Notes under the pieces: generated by a model
Database searches by the model: none
The model's input: the letters and a program-made list of their open reading frames with translations, nothing else
Told to the model about the DNA's origin: nothing
Made by a program: the position numbers and the translations under genes
In this document: piece by piece, positions 57,468 to 64,000 of the stretch
How the letters are laid out: each line of letters starts with the position of its first letter
Numbering within the stretch: position 1 is the first letter of the stretch
From: Nitrospirota bacterium
GTDB lineage: Bacteria; Nitrospirota; UBA9217
Assembly (NCBI GenBank): GCA_963741205.1
Contig: CAVUHW010000028.1
Location: 1 to 64,000, forward strand
DNA length: 64,000 bases
Direction of reading: 5' to 3'

Positions 57468-58746
57468 TTACAGCTTCGTGATTTTTACTTTGGTGATCTT
57501 TCTCCCCTCGAGTTCCAGGACCTCGAGCTTAAGGTTCCGGTACCTGAGTTGCTCGCCCACCTTCGGCATTCTTCCGAAAAGACCGAACACGAAACCGCCG
57601 AGCGTATTGAACTCCGTGGACTGGAGGTTTGTGTCGAGTAGCTCGTTAACCTCATCGAGCGCCGATTGGCCCGAGACCACGAAGTTCTTCTCGTCGACGA
57701 TCTGGACGTCCTTCTCCTCGGCTTCGAGTTCGTCGTGGATGCTGCCGACGATCTCCTCAATCAGGTCTTCCAGCGTCACGAGGCCGGCCGTGCCGCCGTA
57801 TTCGTCGATGACGATGGCGAGTTGAAAGCGCTCACGCTGCATCTCCGAGAGGAGTTCGCTCACGCGCTTGTTCTCCGGGATGAAGTACGCCGGCCTGATG
57901 AATTGCCGGATGCCGTCTTCCCGCTTCACCTCGCCCGACCGCCATGGCGACCAGGATGTCCTTGATATACAGCGTGCCGATGACCGTGTCCACCGTGTCC
58001 TCGATCACGGGATATCGGGAAAACCCGTGCTCCGACACGAGGGCGAACACTTCCTGAAGGGTAACATTCGACGGAACGCTCACGATTTCGGTCCGCGGCC
58101 GCATCGCCTGAGAAGCCAGCGTGTCGCCGAATTCGAAGACCTTGTGCAGCAGCTCCTTCTCCTCTTCCTTGAGCGAGCCCCGCTCCTCGCCGAGATTGAT
58201 CATGGCCTTGATATCCTCTTCCGTGACCGCCGCCGAGCAGGACACTCCCTGCGGTCCCGGACCGGCGAGCACATCGGCCGTACGGACCAGAAAACGCGCC
58301 GCGGGCGACAGGAGCGCGACCGCGGCCCGCAGCGACGGCGCCGCGGCGAGCGCAAAACCGTCGGGATTCCTGCAGGCGAGTCCCTTGGGCACAAGTTTGG
58401 CGATGAACACGACGATTGCGCTCATGGCCGTTACGGTAACCAGCGCCGCTACGGAGACATAGGCAAAGGCATGTATCGCGACAACCGTGCCGATCACCGC
58501 TGACAGCACGATGAAGAAGTTCTCGGCCAGCAGGAGGGTCGCATGGAGGCCGTCCCGCTCCTGCACCAGCTCTAGTGCCACCGCCGCCCGGCGGTTCCCG
58601 GTTTCAGCCAGCTGCTGCAGGTGCGCCTTGTTGGACAAGACGAGGGCCGTCTCCGCGGCCGCGCTCAAGGCCGCGATGAGAACGCTCATCCCCGCCGCCC
58701 CCATCAGCAGCCAGTTATCGGATATGAATGTGAGGAAGGTGTCCAT
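57468..58746 (-). CDS. CNNM/HlyC (DUF21-CBS-CorC) membrane protein (frameshift near 57935)
   Basis: SAAAETAL, MRPRTEI, FSRYPV, IDEYGGTAGLVTLEDLIEEIVG, TLGG. Confidence 0.92.
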
Positions 58747-58754
58747 GATTTCGA

Positions 58755-58852
58755 TTGCGGATTTCGGATTGCGGAATGCGGAATAAAGGCAAAGAATTGC
58801 CGCAGTCGCTACGGTTTTTCAATCCGCAATCCGCAATTCCGAAATCCGCAAT
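58755..58852. repeat. inverted arrays of heptamers (TTGCGGA/TCCGCAA)
   Basis: ttgcggatttcggattgcggaatgcgga ... tccgcaatccgcaattccgaaatccgcaa. Confidence 0.8.
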
Positions 58853-58853
58853 T

Positions 58854-60650
58854 TCATGTCTTCTCTCCCGTCACCCGGATGACTTCGTCGAACGTGGTCT
58901 CGCCTTTCAGCATTTTTTTCACGGCGGCCTCGCGCAGACCGACCATGCCGTCGGCAACGGCCGTTTTCCGAATGAGTTCGTCATCCGCCTTGTCCCGGAT
59001 GATGTTCCTGATCTTCTCGTTCACTTCCAGGACCTCGAAGATGCCGGTGCGTCCCAGGTATCCCGTACCCCGGCACTGGGTGCACCCTTCGCCGAATTTT
59101 ACCACGATCCTGCAGTCCCTGCTCGAAGCGAGCCCCACGGCCTGGGCCTCCTCGGGCAGCAGTTCGTATTCCTTCTCGCAGTGTTTGCAGACCTTCCGGA
59201 CCAGCCGCTGCGCCATCACGCCGATGACCGTCGAGGAGATCAGGTACGGAGGCACCCCGAGATCGAGGAGCCTCGTAATCGTGCTCGCCGCATCGTTCGT
59301 GTGGAGCGTCGAGAAGACAAGATGGCCCGTCAAGGCCGCCTGCACCGCGTTCTCCGCCGTCTCGAGGTCGCGGATCTCGCCGACCATGATGATGTCCGGG
59401 TCCTGGCGCAGGATCGTCCGGAGCGTGCTGCCGAAGGTAATGCCGATCTGGGGCTGGACCCCCACCTGGTTGAACTTGTCGTAGACCATTTCGATGGGGT
59501 CCTCGATCGTCACGACATTCACCTCGGGTGTGGCAATGGTCTTGAGGGCGGAATACAGCGTCGTGGTCTTCCCGCTGCCCGTCGGACCGGTCACCAGGAC
59601 GATGCCGTAGGGCCTCGCAATGAAAGAACGGAACAGCTCGTACTCGCGCGGCTCGAACCCGATCTCCTCGAGGTCCTGGAGCACGATATCAGGGTCGAAG
59701 ATCCTGATCACCACCTTCTCGCCGAAGGCCGTCGGCATGGTGGACACGCGGAGCTCGACCTCCCGCGACTTGTATTCGGTCTTGATCCTGCCGTCCTGGG
59801 GCCGCCGCTTCTCGGCGATGTCCATGCGGGAGAGCATTTTGACGCGGGAGACAAAGGCCGGATGGACGGCCTTGGGTATCCGGTGGATGGTATTCAGCAT
59901 GCCGTCGATCCTGAGGCGGACCTCGCTCGCGTCGCGCTTGGGCTCAATGTGGATGTCGCTGGCCCGCTGGTCGAAGGCATAGCGGAACAGGAACTCAACG
60001 GCATTAATGACGTGTTTGTCCGTGGCCTCGATCTCGGACACGGACTTCATCTTGACGAACTGCTCGAGGTTCCCGAGGTCGACATCGGCGGACATCTCTT
60101 TTGCCGCCGCGGTCACCGAGGAGCGGAAGCCGTAGAATTCAGTGATGATCTTCAGGATATCGGTCTTCGGGGAAACGACGCGGTTTACCTTGTAGCCCAT
60201 GCACTCGATGTTCTCGACGACTTCAATATTAAGGGATCCGCAACGGCAAGGGTCAGGCTTTCCTCATTGCGTTCGATGGGTATGGAAATACTGCGCCTGC
60301 GCAAAGGCCCGCGACAGGATCTGCGTCGTCACCTCGGGATTGAGTTTGAGGGGGTCGATTTTCCTGAACGGCAGGCCGGCGTGGACTGCCACCGCTTCGG
60401 TGATGATGTCTTCGGTCAGGATCTGGCCCGGGGCGCCGGGCATCTCCAGGTTCAACGATGCGGCGACTTCGATGGCAGATACCTCATCCTCGATATGCAT
60501 CCTGCCGCGGTGCAGTGTTTCCCCTCTTGCCTTCAAGAGCTTCATCCGCTGAACATCCTGTTTTACTTTGATCTCCTTGGCCTGCGCGGGCGAAAGCTTT
60601 CCAGCCTTGATCAGGATGTCGCAGAGCATGTCGGTCGTCAGTCTTTTCAT
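58854..60650 (-). CDS. GspE/PilB family secretion ATPase (frameshifts near 60200-60290)
   Basis: ASDIHIEP, PQDGR, GPTGSGKTTT, EDPIE, LRQDPD..MVGEIRD, CKHC..CTQC. Confidence 0.93.
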
Positions 60651-60730
60651 AAAATATATCTGCACCCCCCGGACAGGGGAAAATCATACGCATTATTATA
60701 CAACAACCGGCCCGAACGAAGCGTCAAATA

Positions 60731-60756
60731 TAAAAGGCCCCCGGAGGAGGGGGGCC
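60731..60756 (-). terminator. rho-independent terminator
   Basis: GGCCCCC..GGGGGCC followed by TTTTA on the minus strand. Confidence 0.65.
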
Positions 60757-60790
60757 ATCTCGTGTCTGGAAGCCGGGACTGTCAGCGAAA

Positions 60791-60992
60791 CTACATCTTC
60801 GCCGGTTTGGCAGGCGCGGGCGTCGGCGCGGGCGCCGGCGTTGGAGCAGGAGCGGGCGCCGGTGCCGGAGCAGGCGTGCGTCATGATCGGTTGCGGAGCC
60901 GGCTGGGGGGTCTCTGCCTTTTTCTCGCAGCCGGTAAGCATCACCGCAATACCGATGACCAAAATCTGAATGAGCGATAAATATTTTTTCAA
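60791..60992 (-). CDS. small Pro/Ala-rich lipoprotein (frameshift near 60878)
   Basis: AAAGGAGG SD, TTG start, LTGC lipobox, PAPAP tail ending KPAKM*. Confidence 0.65.
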
Positions 60993-61099
60993 GAACGTAC
61001 CTCCTTTCGGACTATTGCCTGCATCGTGCGAATTGATAGAAGCGCCTCGGTTCGATAAAACGAGGGGCACGCATTCATTTGCCGGGTGCGGCGATTCGC

Positions 61100-61327
61100 C
61101 TAGAGGATCCTTGTCGCGACCGAACGGGTAACGGTGAGCTCCCTCACTTTCTGGCCAAGCTTTTCTTCCAATGCTACCTGCTGTTCTTCGTTAAGACGGA
61201 GGCGGAAGACCCGGAGCTTGTTCAGGGACTTCTTCGTGAGATGAATCTCCCGAAGCTCAAAACCGATCTGTTTTTTTATTTCAGCGCTCTGCTGCGGGGT
61301 CAACTCAAGTTTTACAAAATCTTCCAC
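61100..61327 (-). CDS. hypothetical protein with an internal repeat
   Basis: 75 aa; L.LT..Q...IK..IG...REI / L.LN..Q...LE..LG...REL. Confidence 0.55.
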   Translation of the reverse strand: MEDFVKLELTPQQSAEIKKQIGFELREIHLTKKSLNKLRVFRLRLNEEQQVALEEKLGQKVRELTVTRSVATRIL

Positions 61328-61451
61328 TCTAGGTGCCCTCCATAGACGGCAATTATAGGCTCTTTCCCGTGCAAATACAAGACTTATTTGTTTCTCATAA
61401 TGATTTTCGGGCTGTGATCGCCGTCACCTTTTCAACACAGCAAAGCGCTCT

Positions 61452-63144
<1,693 letters not shown>

Positions 63145-63259
63145 GAAACCCCCTTCGGGTAAATTCCAAATAGCAAATCACAAGTTCAAATAACAATCAG
63201 ATTCAAAATGTCCAGGGGAAAACGTCAAGTCTGCTGCTTCTCACTTTGAACTTATTGTT

Positions 63260-64000
63260 ACTTTGACTTTGTTTTGTTTCGTAAACGATCTCTTCCACTT
63301 CCTTCACCAGCACATCGGCAAGCTCTCTTCTCGTCGAACTTTCTTAAGGATCTCGCCGTGCTTGAACAGAAGCCCCACGCCCTTGCCGCCGGCGATGCCG
63401 ACGTCGGCCTCGCGCGCCTCGCCGGGCCCGTTCACCACGCAGCCCATGACCGCAACGGTGACCGGCTCCTTGATGTGGGCAAGCCTCTTCTCCACTTTTT
63501 CCGCGAGGCCGATGATGTCGATCTCGGTCCTGCCGCAGGTGGGGCAGGAGATGATGTTCACCCCGCGCTGGCTGATCTTGAGCGATTTCAGTATCTCGTA
63601 GGCCACGCGCACTTCCTCCACCGGGTCGGCGGTAAGCGACACCCGCAGGGTATCGCCGATGCCCTCGGAAAGCAGGATGCCCAGGCCGACGCTCGATTTG
63701 ATCGTGCCCGAAAAGAGCGTTCCGGCCTCGGAGATGCCGATATGGAGCGGATAGTCGGACTTCTCCGAAAAGAGCCGGTAGGCCGCGACGGTCGTGAGCA
63801 CGTCCGATGCCTTGAGAGACACCTTGATGTTCCGTGTAATCCAGGTCTTCGAGGATCCGGATATGGCCGAAAGCGCTTTCGACGATGGCTGCAGGCGTCG
63901 GATGGCCGTACTTTTCGAGCAGATGCTTTTCGAGCGAGCCGGCATTCACGCCGATCCGGATGGGGATGCTCCGTGTCCCTGCACGCCCGGACAACTTCGG
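63260..64000 (-). CDS. ispG: HMB-PP synthase, 5'-truncated by the window; 3' end approximate
   Basis: [47 protein letters not shown]. Confidence 0.96.

Noticed and set aside
58755-60980. 741-aa plus-strand ORF and other long antisense ORFs (3590-4784, 55633-56682, 61333-62697)
   Set aside because: Shadow frames of high-GC genes on the opposite strand, with no motifs

Overview
64 kb of bacterial chromosome. Gene content and order (tilS-hpt-ftsH-folP-cdaA-cdaR-glmM, multiheme cytochromes, split class I fumarase, REC-PilZ proteins) suggest an anaerobic Nitrospirota/Desulfobacterota-like organism; this is inference only. The sequence has many 1-bp indels typical of unpolished long reads, so most core genes look frameshifted and their coordinates are approximate. 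Layout: housekeeping block (0-9.4 kb); accessory region (9.4-36.5 kb) with TA pairs, two copies of a tnpB-only IS200/IS605 element, hsdM remnants, a signalling operon and a multiheme cytochrome cluster; glgP; a poly-G artefact; an AT-richer islet at the 3' end of tRNA-Glu (39.7-48 kb); a second housekeeping block (purA, serA, class V aminotransferase, apt, fumarase, mdh, CNNM/HlyC, GspE/PilB, proS, ispG). Most notable: (1) a secreted DUF1573-like protein with an in-frame UGA at the first Cys of its CGC motif followed by a SECIS-like hairpin (candidate selenoprotein); (2) two TnpB elements whose comparison gives the ends, a TTGAA TAM and two guides, both inserted between a host promoter and a ribosome-binding site; (3) palindromic REP units translated in frame inside an HsdM remnant; (4) several small genes missed by the ORF track.
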